Shown here: positions 19,594 through 29,470 of the stretch, one piece after another | Position numbering within the stretch: the first letter of the stretch is position 1 | How the letters are laid out: each line of letters begins with the position of its first letter | Position numbers and translations under genes: made by a program | Notes under the pieces: generated by a model | What the model was told of the DNA's origin: nothing | The model's input: the letters and a program-made list of their open reading frames with translations, nothing else | Database searches by the model: none | Source: an uncultured Solirubrobacterales bacterium | GTDB lineage: Bacteria > Actinomycetota > Thermoleophilia > Solirubrobacterales > Solirubrobacteraceae | Reading direction: 5' to 3' | DNA: 64,000 nt | Assembly: GCA_963705785.1 (NCBI GenBank) | Contig: CAVPKV010000041.1 | Coordinates: 53,612-117,611 of the forward strand

Positions 19594-20749
19594 ATGAGCG
19601 CGTTTGCGGGTCATTCCCCGGTCTCGTCTGAGGCCCAGTGGGCGGAGTGGAACACGGCGGTCCATCCCTACAGCGTCGGGGTGGAAGAGGAGGTCATGCT
19701 GCTCGACCCCCGGAGGGAGTGGGCGCTGGCGCAGCGAATCGAGGACGTGTTGGAAGCGCTTCCACCAGCGCTGGTCGGTTACGTCAGCGCCGAGACGCAT
19801 CAGGCGGCGATCGAGCTCAGGACCGATCCACACGAATCCGTGGGCAGCGGTGGTCGCGCAACTGCGCCGGTTGCGCGTCCAGCTGGCCGCGCTGCTCGGG
19901 CAGATGGGCCTCGCCGCCGCCGCGGCGGGCACCCACCCGCTGGCGCTCTGGTCCGAGACCAAGGTGACGTCCGCCGGCCGCTATCAGCTGATCCGACAGA
20001 CGATGCGAGATCTCGCTACGCGGGAGCCCACGTTTGCGTTGCACGTCCACATTGCGGTGCCGGATCCCGAGCGAGCGATCGATCTGTACAACCGCCTCCG
20101 CGCCCACCTTCCACTTCTACTGGCGCTCTCGGGCAACTCGCCGTTCTGGCGCGGACGCGACTCAGGATTCGCCTCCATCCGTACGGTCCTATTTCAGGCC
20201 TTTCCGCGGACGGGTATACCGCGACGATACGGCTCGTACTCCGAGTGGGTCGAGACGGTCGACCTCCAGCTACGAGCCGGCGCGATCCCCGAACCAACCT
20301 TCCTGTGGTGGGACGTCCGCCCCCAACCCCGCCTCGGGACAGTCGAGGTTCGTGTGATGGACGCCCAAACCCGGATTCGTGACACCGCGAGCCTGGTGGC
20401 GCTCACGCAATCGATCGCCAGGTTGGAACTTGAAGAGGGATATGCGTCAGAGGCCATCATCTCCTCCGACGAAGTGCTTGCGGAGAACCACTTCCTGGCC
20501 GCCCGTGACGGCGTCGATGCGCGCCTGATCGATCCCACCACCGAATCGCTCCGGCCGCTGCACGAGCACCTCATCAAGCTGCTCCAGGCTCTCCACCACC
20601 ATGCCGGTGAACTTGGTTGTCTGGAGCACCTTGAGCGGGTCGAAGCGCTGGCCGCGGCGCCCGGAGCCGCCCGTCTGCGAGCTCATCCCATGGGCGAGGC
20701 TGGGCTTCCAGGTCTGGTGGCCGGGTTGGCCAGTGTGTTCGCCGAATAA
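19594..20749 (+). CDS. ybdK: YbdK/GCS2-family carboxylate-amine (glutamate--cysteine-type) ligase; frameshift near 19845
   Basis: SVGVEEEVMLLD, IELRT, AAGTHP, ALHVHIAV, ALSGNSPFW, WWDVRPQPRLGTVEVRVMDAQ. Confidence 0.9.
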
Positions 20750-20833
20750 CGTCGGCATCGCGGGTCGCCCTGGCTCAGAGCTCCCCGCAGTCGTCACACA
20801 CGCGCGCGCGAACGGCCCTCACGCGGAGGTGAC

Positions 20834-22040
20834 CTAGCTGCGTGGCCACAGGCCGGCCTGACGCAGCACGGCCAGCGGGATTATCCCTTCGCTCATCTCC
20901 ATCGGCCCATCACCAGCGCGGATGCGTGCGACCTGACGCCGCCTGTTGAATGAGATCACGGAGACGGTGTCACCGCCGGCGCCCGGACCGCGGTTGGCGA
21001 CGAAGCAAAGCCGCCCGTTACTGCTCGTCTCGGCCTCGGCGGGCTGATCGCCCACCGGGATGATCGCCTCAGTCCGAAGCTTGTGTCGAGCGACCAACGC
21101 GACGTAGTTCGACACGGTCGCTGCATCGCAAATCGAGCCGCCATTGCCCGACAGCGTGATGCCGTGGTGCGCGGCTTGGTTTGGGTACTGCGTTGGCGAC
21201 TCACCGATCGCAGGTCCGCGAACCGGCAGATGGACCGTATGCACGACCGCCCCGGTAGACGTACTCACGACCTTGAAGCCGTTGAAGTAGGAGAACTGCA
21301 CGTAGGCCAAGCGGCCGTCAGGGCTGAAGGTGAAGGGCCGCACGCCGGCAGCAAACTTGAACACCCGCTTTACCCGCAGTGTATGCGGGTCGGCGAACGT
21401 CATCCAGTATCGATTGGGGGCACCGTTCGGCAGCAGCTGGTTGCCCAGGCTGCCGTTCACGATGAATCGCCGGTCGGGGGTGAACTCGAGTACGTGCGCC
21501 CAGTAACCGGTGGTGAAAGCTCCCGATGAACCGGTGAGTGCGGGTGTCGATGACCTGGACCTTGTTGGCGGTCAGAGCCGAAACGAAGAGGCGTGAGCCG
21601 TCAGCCGAGAGGGCAATGTGGTCGGCGCGGATCCCGGACACCTCGAGGCGCCATAGCATGCGCCGGCCGGCGATGTCGAACGCCGCCACGTCACCGAGAT
21701 AGCCGCGCGAGACGTACAGCGTCCTGCCGTCGGGCGAGAGCGCCACCCCCTGAACGTAGTCAACGCCCTTGCTCTTGACCAAGCCTGGGTACACGGCAGC
21801 CTGGGCCGGGTCCTGCGGAGTCTTTCCATCTGGGGTGACATTGATTGTGCCCAGTTTGCGGAGAGTGCGCTGGTCGATGACCGTCACGGTGCCGGCTCGG
21901 TAGTTGCCGACCATGAGGACGGGCACCGTCCGCGACGCATGCGTCCGATGGCCCCGGGCCCCCGCGGACAGCGGAATGCCGGCGCAGGCCAAGACGACAA
22001 CTACAACCACAATCGAAATCCAAGCTCGCCATTCCCGCAC
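20834..22040 (-). CDS. Secreted YncE/YVTN beta-propeller protein; frameshift near 21510
   Basis: Signal peptide; ALSPDGRTLYVS, ADHIALSADG, RPFTFSPDGRLAYVQ and AHHGI motifs split over two frames. Confidence 0.8.
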
Positions 22041-22272
22041 GATTGGTGGATGATCGCAGTCTGAGTGACCAGATCGAGTTGTGGGGGGGCGTGATTTAGG
22101 ATCTCACCACCGAATGACTCGCGCGACCGTCGTCGATGCTGGAGGCCCTGTCTGAGAGCGGGGACCGACCGGCGAGTACGCTGGAAGGATCGACAATCAG
22201 CTACGCAAGCCGCGGAGGACTCCGCGGCAGCTCGCCAGGGCGGTTGATGACGGGCGCAGCGTCGGCGCCGCA

Positions 22273-22707
22273 TTGCGACATCTCGACAGCCACGGGTCCG
22301 AGCCCGGGGCGAGCGGGGTGGCAGAGGCGCTCGCGCGATTTCTTGTCGCACGGTGTGATTCCCACCATGCGGGCTGGCGAGTCGTGCGTCAGGTCGTTGT
22401 GGACTCGGCGGCCGACGCCCCATGGGAGAAATGCGCGCGGCGGGCGGTTCCGCTGGTGGCTGAGGACCTGATCGATCTCGCGGGCGACCGTGGCCGAACG
22501 CAACTGGTGCGCGCTCAACATGTGGCCGCTCAACGTCGTGCCGAACAGATCGCCGGCCACGTTGACCAAGCCGCAGTCCTCGCGGACCTGGGGCTCGAGC
22601 CGTCATCGGCGTCTGCTGAGCGCTGGCGCGTTGCTCTGCGTAGCGCGGTCCGAGCCCGCTCGCGCGAGCAGGTTGCCCGCGCGGTCGAGCGCTCCCTGCG
22701 CGCCTGA
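22273..22707 (+). CDS. Hypothetical protein (5' end uncertain, may extend to ~22114 with a disruption)
   Basis: Helical-looking ORF ending 10 nt before the Gfo/Idh/MocA start; no motif. Confidence 0.35.
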   Translation: MRHLDSHGSEPGASGVAEALARFLVARCDSHHAGWRVVRQVVVDSAADAPWEKCARRAVPLVAEDLIDLAGDRGRTQLVRAQHVAAQRRAEQIAGHVDQAAVLADLGLEPSSASAERWRVALRSAVRARSREQVARAVERSLRA

Positions 22708-22717
22708 GGGTGACGGT

Positions 22718-23767
22718 GTGAGCGACCTTCGCGTGGCGATCGTCGGGTACGGCTTGTCCGGGCGGTTCTTCCACGCGCCCCTGATAGCAGCGACGGAGGG
22801 TCTCCGGGTGAGCTTTGTTGTGAGCTCGAGCCTGGAGCGATGCCGCCAGGTGGCCACCGAGTATCCGGAGGCCCGCGTCCTTCCAGATGTGCAGGACCTG
22901 TGGACCAAGTCCGAGCCCGACCTCGTGGTCATCGCCACTCCAAACAGCTCTCATGTCTCCCTGGCTTCGGAGGCCATCGACCGTGGCATACCCGTTGTCG
23001 TCGACAAGCCGATGGCGATAACCGCCAGCGCGGCACGAACTCTGATGGACCGGGCGGTTTCGGCGGGAGTGATGCTGACCGTGTTTCAAAACCGCCGCTG
23101 GGACACAGACCAGCTCACGCTGCGACGGCTGATGGCGGAGGAGGCCCTGGGCGACGTTACGCGCTACGAGTCCCGGTTCGAACGTTGGCGCCCGAACGCG
23201 GACGAGACGAAATGGCGCGAGTCAGACACGTCCGAGCAGGGTGGCGGTGTGCTGCTCGACCTGGGGAGCCACCTCGTGGATCAGGCCCTGACGCTGTTCG
23301 GCCCAGCCACACACGTGTACGCGGAGATCGCCTGGCGTCGTCAACTAGCGGCTGACGACGATGTGTTCATCGCATTGCGCCACGCGAGCGGGACGCTCAG
23401 CCACCTGCACGCCTCGGCCGTGACCCCGTCACCCGGGCCGCGTCTGCGCGTCCAAGGAACCTCGGGGGCGTTTCTTGTCTCCGGCCTGGATCCCCAGGAA
23501 GCGGCTCTTCGACAAGGGCTTCGGCCGAGCACGATCAGCGACTGGGGGAGGCCACCGGAGTGGGCTTACGGCCGATTGGTCGCGGGCGAACAGAGCGTCC
23601 CCGTGCCGCCCGAGCCGGGCGATTGGTCCCGCTTCTACGCGCTGCTCAGGGACGCCATTCGAAATGGGGGTCCGCCACCGGTCGATGCCGCCGACGCGGT
23701 TGCGGCGCTGGTCGTGCTCGACGCCGCACGCCTCAGCGCCCGCCAGCAGGAAATTGTCCCCGTCTGA
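22718..23767 (+). CDS. Gfo/Idh/MocA oxidoreductase (YdgJ/IolW-like)
   Basis: VAIVGYGLSGRFFHAP, VVVDKP, FQNRRWD, GGVLLDLGSHLVDQA. Confidence 0.92.
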   Translation: MSDLRVAIVGYGLSGRFFHAPLIAATEGLRVSFVVSSSLERCRQVATEYPEARVLPDVQDLWTKSEPDLVVIATPNSSHVSLASEAIDRGIPVVVDKPMAITASAARTLMDRAVSAGVMLTVFQNRRWDTDQLTLRRLMAEEALGDVTRYESRFERWRPNADETKWRESDTSEQGGGVLLDLGSHLVDQALTLFGPATHVYAEIAWRRQLAADDDVFIALRHASGTLSHLHASAVTPSPGPRLRVQGTSGAFLVSGLDPQEAALRQGLRPSTISDWGRPPEWAYGRLVAGEQSVPVPPEPGDWSRFYALLRDAIRNGGPPPVDAADAVAALVVLDAARLSARQQEIVPV

Positions 23768-23819
23768 CCGCCGCCCGGCCGCGGCTCATGAGGCGAAGGG
23801 CGCGGGGCGCCCGGCGGAT

Positions 23820-24872
23820 TCAGTCCGTGCTGGACGCCTCCCAGATGTTGATGCGGCCGTCGATGGCATATTGGTCGATGTCGTCCAGCTCTTGGCGATC
23901 GAAGTCGAGTCGCTCCAGCGCCGCGACATTTTGCTCTAGCTGCGCGACGCTCGAGGCGCCGAGCAGTGCCGAGGTGATGCGCGGATCGCGTAGCGCCCAC
24001 GCGATCGCCAGCTGGGCGAGGCTCTGTCCCCGGCCGCGAGCGATCCTGTTCAGCTCTCGTGCGCGGCCGAGGTTCTGCTCGGTAATCTGATCTTCGCTCA
24101 GGTAGTTCCCGCGACGCAGGCGGGAGTCGTCTGGGGTCCCGTTCAGGTATTTATCGGTCAGCAATCCCTGCGCCAGTGGCGAGAACACGATCGCGCCAAT
24201 GCCCTGGCGCTCGAGCACGTCGAGTAGCTCGGCTTCGATCCAGCGGTTGAACATCGAATATGACGGCTGGTGGATCAAGAGAGGCGTGCCCAGTTCTCGC
24301 AGAATCTCGGCTGCCTCCTCGGTCCGGCGTGGCCCGTAGGAGGAGATCCCCGCGTAGCGCGCCTTTCCGCTCCGAACCGCCGCATCCAGCGCGCCCATCG
24401 TCTCCTCGAGTGGCGTGTCGGGATCGAAGCGGTGCGAGTAGAAGATGTCGACGTGGTCGAGCCGCATCCGGTTGAGGCTCTGGTCGAGGCTGGCCAGCAG
24501 ATACTTCCGCGACCCCCACTCGCCGTAAGGACCCGGCCACATGTCGTAGCCCGCCTTCGTCGAGATCACCAACTCGTCCCGATAGGGCTTGAAGTCCTCG
24601 GCGAAGATCCGACCAAAATTGGCCTCGGCACTCCCGTAGGGGGGCCCGTAGTTGTTGGCCAGGTCGAAGTGTGTGATTCCCAGATCAAACGCGCGGCGGA
24701 GGGTCGCTCGGCTCGAGGCCAACGGCCGATCGTCCCCGAAGTTCTGCCACAACCCGAGTGAAATCGCGGGCAACTTCAGCCCGCTGCGCCCGCAGCGCCG
24801 GTAGTCCATCGCCGAGTAGCGATCAGCGTCAGGATGGAAGCTCGCCAAGGCGAGCTGGGCGTCGAACGGCAC
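23820..24872 (-). CDS. mgrA: L-glyceraldehyde 3-phosphate reductase (YghZ/MgrA-type aldo/keto reductase)
   Basis: YRRCGRSGLKLPAISLGLW, DLANNYGPPYGSAE, ISTKAGYDMWPGPYGEWGSRKYL. Confidence 0.9.
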   Translation of the reverse strand: MPFDAQLALASFHPDADRYSAMDYRRCGRSGLKLPAISLGLWQNFGDDRPLASSRATLRRAFDLGITHFDLANNYGPPYGSAEANFGRIFAEDFKPYRDELVISTKAGYDMWPGPYGEWGSRKYLLASLDQSLNRMRLDHVDIFYSHRFDPDTPLEETMGALDAAVRSGKARYAGISSYGPRRTEEAAEILRELGTPLLIHQPSYSMFNRWIEAELLDVLERQGIGAIVFSPLAQGLLTDKYLNGTPDDSRLRRGNYLSEDQITEQNLGRARELNRIARGRGQSLAQLAIAWALRDPRITSALLGASSVAQLEQNVAALERLDFDRQELDDIDQYAIDGRINIWEASSTD

Positions 24873-25088
24873 TCGGAGAACCTATCTCAAGCTCCACCTC
24901 GTCGACCGCGCCACGCGTGGCCCTCGACGAGCGTCCCGAGGTCCTCGCCGGACGGTGGTCCCCCGACTCATGTTGTCAAGAGCGTCCAGATGTAGGTTTT
25001 GCCCTACCTCGCTCGAACATTGGGCGGGATCGTCATCTCGACTAGGCTCGCCCCGACCGCGAAAATAAATTTCGACAGGAGGTTATTC

Positions 25089-25433
25089 ATGCCGCCGGCC
25101 AGGAAGTCAACTCGTTCGTCTTTGCGCAAGTCCGCGGCGTTCAAGGAGCCAGCCGCGCTCAAGAAGCTGAACCAGTCGCTGGAGGCGGCTCAGAAGGCAC
25201 TGACCGAACTACGCCAGCACGCTGGTGGAAAGAGCTCCAAGTCGCTGCACACGGGCGTGGGCAAGTTCGTGTCCAGCGCCAAACGCGACAGCGGCAAGCT
25301 GACCACCGCGCTGAAGCGGGACTTTGCTGAGGCGCAGAAGACAGCGGCGAGCGCAGCTCGGACGACTCGAACGACGGCGCGGACGGCGACGAGCCGAGCC
25401 AGCGCCAAGCGGAGCGCCAGAAAGTCCAGCTAA
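25089..25433 (+). CDS. Small basic Ala/Lys/Arg/Ser-rich protein (histone-like tails, helical core)
   Basis: AGGAGG RBS; 114 aa with basic N- and C-terminal tails. Confidence 0.75.
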   Translation: MPPARKSTRSSLRKSAAFKEPAALKKLNQSLEAAQKALTELRQHAGGKSSKSLHTGVGKFVSSAKRDSGKLTTALKRDFAEAQKTAASAARTTRTTARTATSRASAKRSARKSS

Positions 25434-25476
25434 CGCGGCTCTTTCGCGCTTCGCCTTTTCGATGATCTCTTACGCG

Positions 25477-26094
25477 TCACGGCGCGAGGCGTTCGAGTAG
25501 CCAGCGCCCGTCGGGCTCAAGCGAGTAGCGCAGCCGGTCGTGGAGACGATCCTCGCGGTGCTGCCAAAACTCGAACATCTGGGGCGCGAGCCGAAAGCCG
25601 CCCCAGTTCTCGGGCACCGGCAACTCGGCACCTTCATACCTAGCAGCGAGCTCGGCTACGCGTTGCTCGAGCTGCTCGCGGGTTTCGATCACGTCGCTCT
25701 GCGGCGAGGCCAGCGCCGATAGCTGGCTGGCGCGGGGCCGGCTTCGTACGTACGCGGCGGAATCCGCGGCGCTCATCCGTTCCACCCGCCCCTCGACTCT
25801 CACCTCGCGACCAACCAGGTCCCAGTGGAAAAGCAGCGCGGCCCGAGGATTGGCGGCAAGTTCGCGGCCCTTGCGACTGTCGTAATTCGAGTAGAACGCG
25901 AACGCGAGCTCGTCGTGCGCCTTCACGAGCACGATCCGGACCGAGGGAGCGCCGTCCTTCGTTGCGGTCGCTAGGGCGGCCGCCTCGGGCGCCCGGATCC
26001 CAGCCTCGGCCGCCTCCTCGAACCAGTGGGTGAACTGCAGATACGGCGACGGATCGGCGTCGGACTCGAACAGGGGCTTAGCGAAATCCCGCAC
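25477..26094 (-). CDS. pdxH: Pyridoxamine 5'-phosphate oxidase
   Basis: PSVRIVLVK, SRKGREL, SRPRASQL, WGGFRL..EFWQ..RLHDR; CACAAT-N6-GTG start. Confidence 0.95.
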   Translation of the reverse strand: MRDFAKPLFESDADPSPYLQFTHWFEEAAEAGIRAPEAAALATATKDGAPSVRIVLVKAHDELAFAFYSNYDSRKGRELAANPRAALLFHWDLVGREVRVEGRVERMSAADSAAYVRSRPRASQLSALASPQSDVIETREQLEQRVAELAARYEGAELPVPENWGGFRLAPQMFEFWQHREDRLHDRLRYSLEPDGRWLLERLAP

Positions 26095-26294
26095 CGGGGC
26101 ATTGTGCGCGATCGCGCCTAAGCGAAGGGGACCTTCAGCGGGCGGCGGCATATATCGTGCTCGTGATGTCGGCGAGAGCGCAGCAGGACCGTGTGGTCGT
26201 CGCGCTCGCGGCCGTCACGTGTGGGCGGCTCTCTCGCGCCGGGACCGTTCGCGCTGGGCGAGGGCAGTCCTCCGCATCAGCCGATCAGTATCGC

Positions 26295-26633
26295 GTGAAG
26301 GTGACCGAGCCGCGGTCGGGGTCAGACATCGCAGGGGATCCGATCGGCGAACACAGCCCTGAGGTCGTACTCGAGCACTGGGGCGGCGACGCCGAGATGC
26401 TCACCTTGCGCTCATCGGTGACGGGAGCGGTGGGACCGTCCGGACCGCTCGAGCGCGCGCGGGTAGCAGCGCGCACGGTCAACTACTACGACCTCGACTC
26501 GCTGCAGATCGTGTATCCGGACGGGGCTGAATTGTTAGCGGGTCGGATCGACCTCGTTCTCTACGGGCCGCGTCGGGGCTTTCTTCGCCGCCGAGACCGG
26601 CTCTTGCACGCCTCGATCAACGAACTGCTGTAA
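26295..26633 (+). CDS. Hypothetical protein
   Basis: Globular-looking ORF with GC3-biased codons, divergent from pdxH. Confidence 0.5.
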   Translation: MKVTEPRSGSDIAGDPIGEHSPEVVLEHWGGDAEMLTLRSSVTGAVGPSGPLERARVAARTVNYYDLDSLQIVYPDGAELLAGRIDLVLYGPRRGFLRRRDRLLHASINELL

Positions 26634-28130
26634 GCGCTCACTCCGTTTGTGTGGGATTCGGTACAGGCGCGTAGCTGACGGATGACCGGAGCGGGGCGCG
26701 CATAGGCTTGGCCCGCCGGCCTGCGACGCTACCCACGTTCCGTCGACGTCCGCGCCGATCGTTGGATTGGTCTTGGCCGAGATCGTGGACCAGGTGACGA
26801 TCAGCTTGCAGTGTCCATCGAGGCCGGCCCCGAACATGTCGGAGGTCCGGCTGTTCAGGCAGCCGGGCACGCTCTGATTGGCCGGACTGGTGTCGCCGCA
26901 CCAGCCCATCAGCTGCGTTGCCGTGCCGCGAAAACCGGGGATCGACTGGACCCGCTGAACGGCCACGGTCGGGGCTCGTCCCAGCGCTCCCACCACGTGC
27001 GCGACCGTCAGGTGCCACTCTGGGCGCGCGCCGCGAGCTCTTGACCCGGCGAACCAGGCGACGTCGAGCTGCCCGGGATCGCCCGCGACGATGTCGGTCA
27101 GCACGTTGCCGGGCCGGCCAGACGGAGCGATGGTGATCGGGCGCGACCAGTGACTGAGGTTGGGCGGTGCCCACCGCACCTTCACCGCCGCGCCGGTGAA
27201 ATCCGGAAATGGACGCGGCGACTGCGGGTAGACGACGTACACGTTCCCGGCCCGGTCGATGGCGCCCGGGGACACCTGCATGCCCACGATGTTGCCGTGC
27301 GCCGAGTCATTGACGGCCAGCGAGTCGACCCACGACCCCGGGCTGTTCTTGGGCGAGGTCGCGACCCACACACGCGTGGGGGCGACGATCGTCACCGGCT
27401 GAGGAGGTTCGGCGCCGCAGCTTCCCACTGCGGCGTGCCGCGTACCCCAGAACGCGTAGAGCCGGCCCGTCTTCTGATTGACCGCCAGCCCCGAGGGCCC
27501 GCCGGTGCCACCGCACTGCAGGTCGAGGAACGCGGAGCTGCCCGGCGACGTCAACGGCACCGGCGCCCCGAACGACGCCCCGTTGTCGGTCGACGTCTCG
27601 ACGTACATGTTCTCCGAGGCGTTGCCGCTGAAGCCGTTGTGGAACAGAAGGTAGACACGCTTATCGGGCCCCGTTGCCAGCCACGGACGATCCTGGTCGC
27701 CGAGCCGGTCGGCGCCGGTTGACGCCGTCCACGTCCGCCCCCCGTCGTCCGAGTAGCTAACCATCACACTCAGGGCGACATCGTCGAGCTCGGTGACCAC
27801 AATCCGACCGCTCCGGGTCACGACGATGTCCGTGTCCGGACTCGGTGAGACCTGCGGTGGCTGCCCCGGCGTGACCTGCCACGCACGACCGTGATCGTGC
27901 GACACATAGACGCGGGTCGGGACCGATGGCGCCGAGGTGTCGGTGCTCGGCCCGCTCACCACATACTCGGTTCCGTTCGGCGCCACCGCGACCCGGGATT
28001 CGCTGCTCCCCGCCGCGCCGGCCAGCGACACCGGCCCGTTGAAGCTGAGGTCAGGCCCCCGAGCTCGTGCGCTGCCAACCGAGCCCAGCACGAGACAACA
28101 CGTCAGCACGCCCACCCGTCGCATGCACAC
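26535..28130 (-). CDS. Secreted sialidase-like (Asp-box) beta-propeller protein
   Basis: Signal peptide; SHDHGRAW, SDDGGRTW, DQDRPW, STDNGASF. Confidence 0.8.
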   Translation of the reverse strand: MCMRRVGVLTCCLVLGSVGSARARGPDLSFNGPVSLAGAAGSSESRVAVAPNGTEYVVSGPSTDTSAPSVPTRVYVSHDHGRAWQVTPGQPPQVSPSPDTDIVVTRSGRIVVTELDDVALSVMVSYSDDGGRTWTASTGADRLGDQDRPWLATGPDKRVYLLFHNGFSGNASENMYVETSTDNGASFGAPVPLTSPGSSAFLDLQCGGTGGPSGLAVNQKTGRLYAFWGTRHAAVGSCGAEPPQPVTIVAPTRVWVATSPKNSPGSWVDSLAVNDSAHGNIVGMQVSPGAIDRAGNVYVVYPQSPRPFPDFTGAAVKVRWAPPNLSHWSRPITIAPSGRPGNVLTDIVAGDPGQLDVAWFAGSRARGARPEWHLTVAHVVGALGRAPTVAVQRVQSIPGFRGTATQLMGWCGDTSPANQSVPGCLNSRTSDMFGAGLDGHCKLIVTWSTISAKTNPTIGADVDGTWVASQAGGPSLCAPRSGHPSATRLYRIPHKRSERLQQFVDRGVQEPVSAAKKAPTRPVENEVDPTR

Positions 28131-28169
28131 ATGTTTGCATCGCTGGCTACCTCCCGCGGCGGGAGAGGA

Positions 28170-28630
28170 CTACTGCTCTGTTGCGGAGCGACGGAGATGG
28201 CGGCTCACGTCGCCCACGAGGTCGGTTCCGACGCGCCGCTCTACGAAACGCCATTGGCCGTCGCGCCGCTCGAAGCGATCGTGGTACCGACCGCTGACGA
28301 TCGGCTGCAGAGGCAGGCCGGGCAGCGCCTGCAGCGCGGTGAAATACGCCCGCGACATCGCTGTGCCGGCTTCCTCGTCGACCTCAATCGCGAGATTGGT
28401 CGTGATGTGCTTGGTCCGGGGCGTCCCGTCCTCATACGCGATCACGTTGTCTCGGAGCAGCTTCTCGATGGCATCGCCGCCGCTCACGGCTCCGGTACCG
28501 CCCGTAAACGTGGCGTCAGCCAGCAGCCGGCCGACAGCGGCGAAATCGCCGGCGTCCACGAGTTCGGCGTAGGTTGCGATCAGGCGCTCGATCGCCCGGT
28601 AGCTCGATTCTTGATCGGCGAGGGTTATGC
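28170..28630 (-). CDS. SnoaL/NTF2-like protein (start uncertain)
   Basis: IERLIATYAELVDAGDF, TKHITTN, GRYHDRFERRDGQWRFVER. Confidence 0.85.
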
Positions 28631-28705
28631 GACGCGAGCGTAGGCGAAACCAGAGCGCGATAGCGCTGAGCGCCCGTCGCGCCGGGAAGCTGTCTTCGGG
28701 CCGAG

Positions 28706-28738
28706 CGATGAGGTTTGCCGCACCCAACGGTCTCAGTA
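28706..28738 (+). promoter_or_regulatory. ECF (SigG-like) promoter candidate CGATGA-N18-GTC
   Basis: CGATGA at 28706-28711, 18-nt spacer, GTC at 28730, upstream of the RibD-C gene. Confidence 0.45.
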
Positions 28739-28766
28739 GAAACAGCAGGCGAGGAGAGGAGACGCC

Positions 28767-29333
28767 GTGTCCGCAACCGTTCTCTACATGTCAATGTCCC
28801 TCGACGGATTCATCGCCGGCCCCAATGCGGGGCCCGGTAACGGCCTCGGCGACGGCGGGGAACGCCTGCACGAGTGGTTGTTCAACGGCCAGCAGCCCGT
28901 CTTCGGCCGGGTGTTCCACGAGTTCATGGCGACCGGCGCGGTCGTCGCCGGCCGGGGGACCTTCGAGCCTGCCGACGGCTGGGGCGGCGACCACCACGAC
29001 GGCGTACCGATCTGGGTCCTCAGCCGCCGCGAGCCGGGCATCGACGTGAGCCAGTGGCCGCTCGTGACCTACGTCAACGACGTCACAACCGCGATGACCG
29101 AGGCCAAGCGGGCGGGGGGCGACAAAAACGTACTGGTTCACGGCGCCGCGACCGCGCAGCTCGCGCTCGCTGCTGGCCTCCTCGACGAGCTCGAGATCCA
29201 TCTCATCCCGGTGCTCCTCGGCCAAGGACGCCGTCTGTTCGAGAACCTTTCCGAGCAGATCGAGCTACAGCGCACCCGAATCCTCGAGGGCGAGGACGGT
29301 GTCACCCACATGCACTACCGCGTCGCGCGCTGA
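28767..29333 (+). CDS. Dihydrofolate reductase family (RibD C-terminal) protein
   Basis: MSMSLDGFIAGP, GRGTFE, GLLDELEIHLIPVLLGQGRRLF; strong RBS. Confidence 0.9.
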   Translation: MSATVLYMSMSLDGFIAGPNAGPGNGLGDGGERLHEWLFNGQQPVFGRVFHEFMATGAVVAGRGTFEPADGWGGDHHDGVPIWVLSRREPGIDVSQWPLVTYVNDVTTAMTEAKRAGGDKNVLVHGAATAQLALAAGLLDELEIHLIPVLLGQGRRLFENLSEQIELQRTRILEGEDGVTHMHYRVAR

Positions 29334-29470
29334 GCACCAAATTCGGGCGGGACCCGCTGGCCAAGGAGGCGGCGGTCCTGCGCCTGGCGCGATGTCGCTC
29401 GCACCTCGCAGCGCGCGCCCGGCGAACAGCCACGGAGGGCCAGTCCGCCAGTGAGAGACGGGACACGTCG

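Noticed and set aside
22114-22272. In-frame TGA at 22153 as possible selenocysteine read-through
   Set aside because: No redox motif, no recognisable SECIS hairpin and no family match; an indel or later start is more likely
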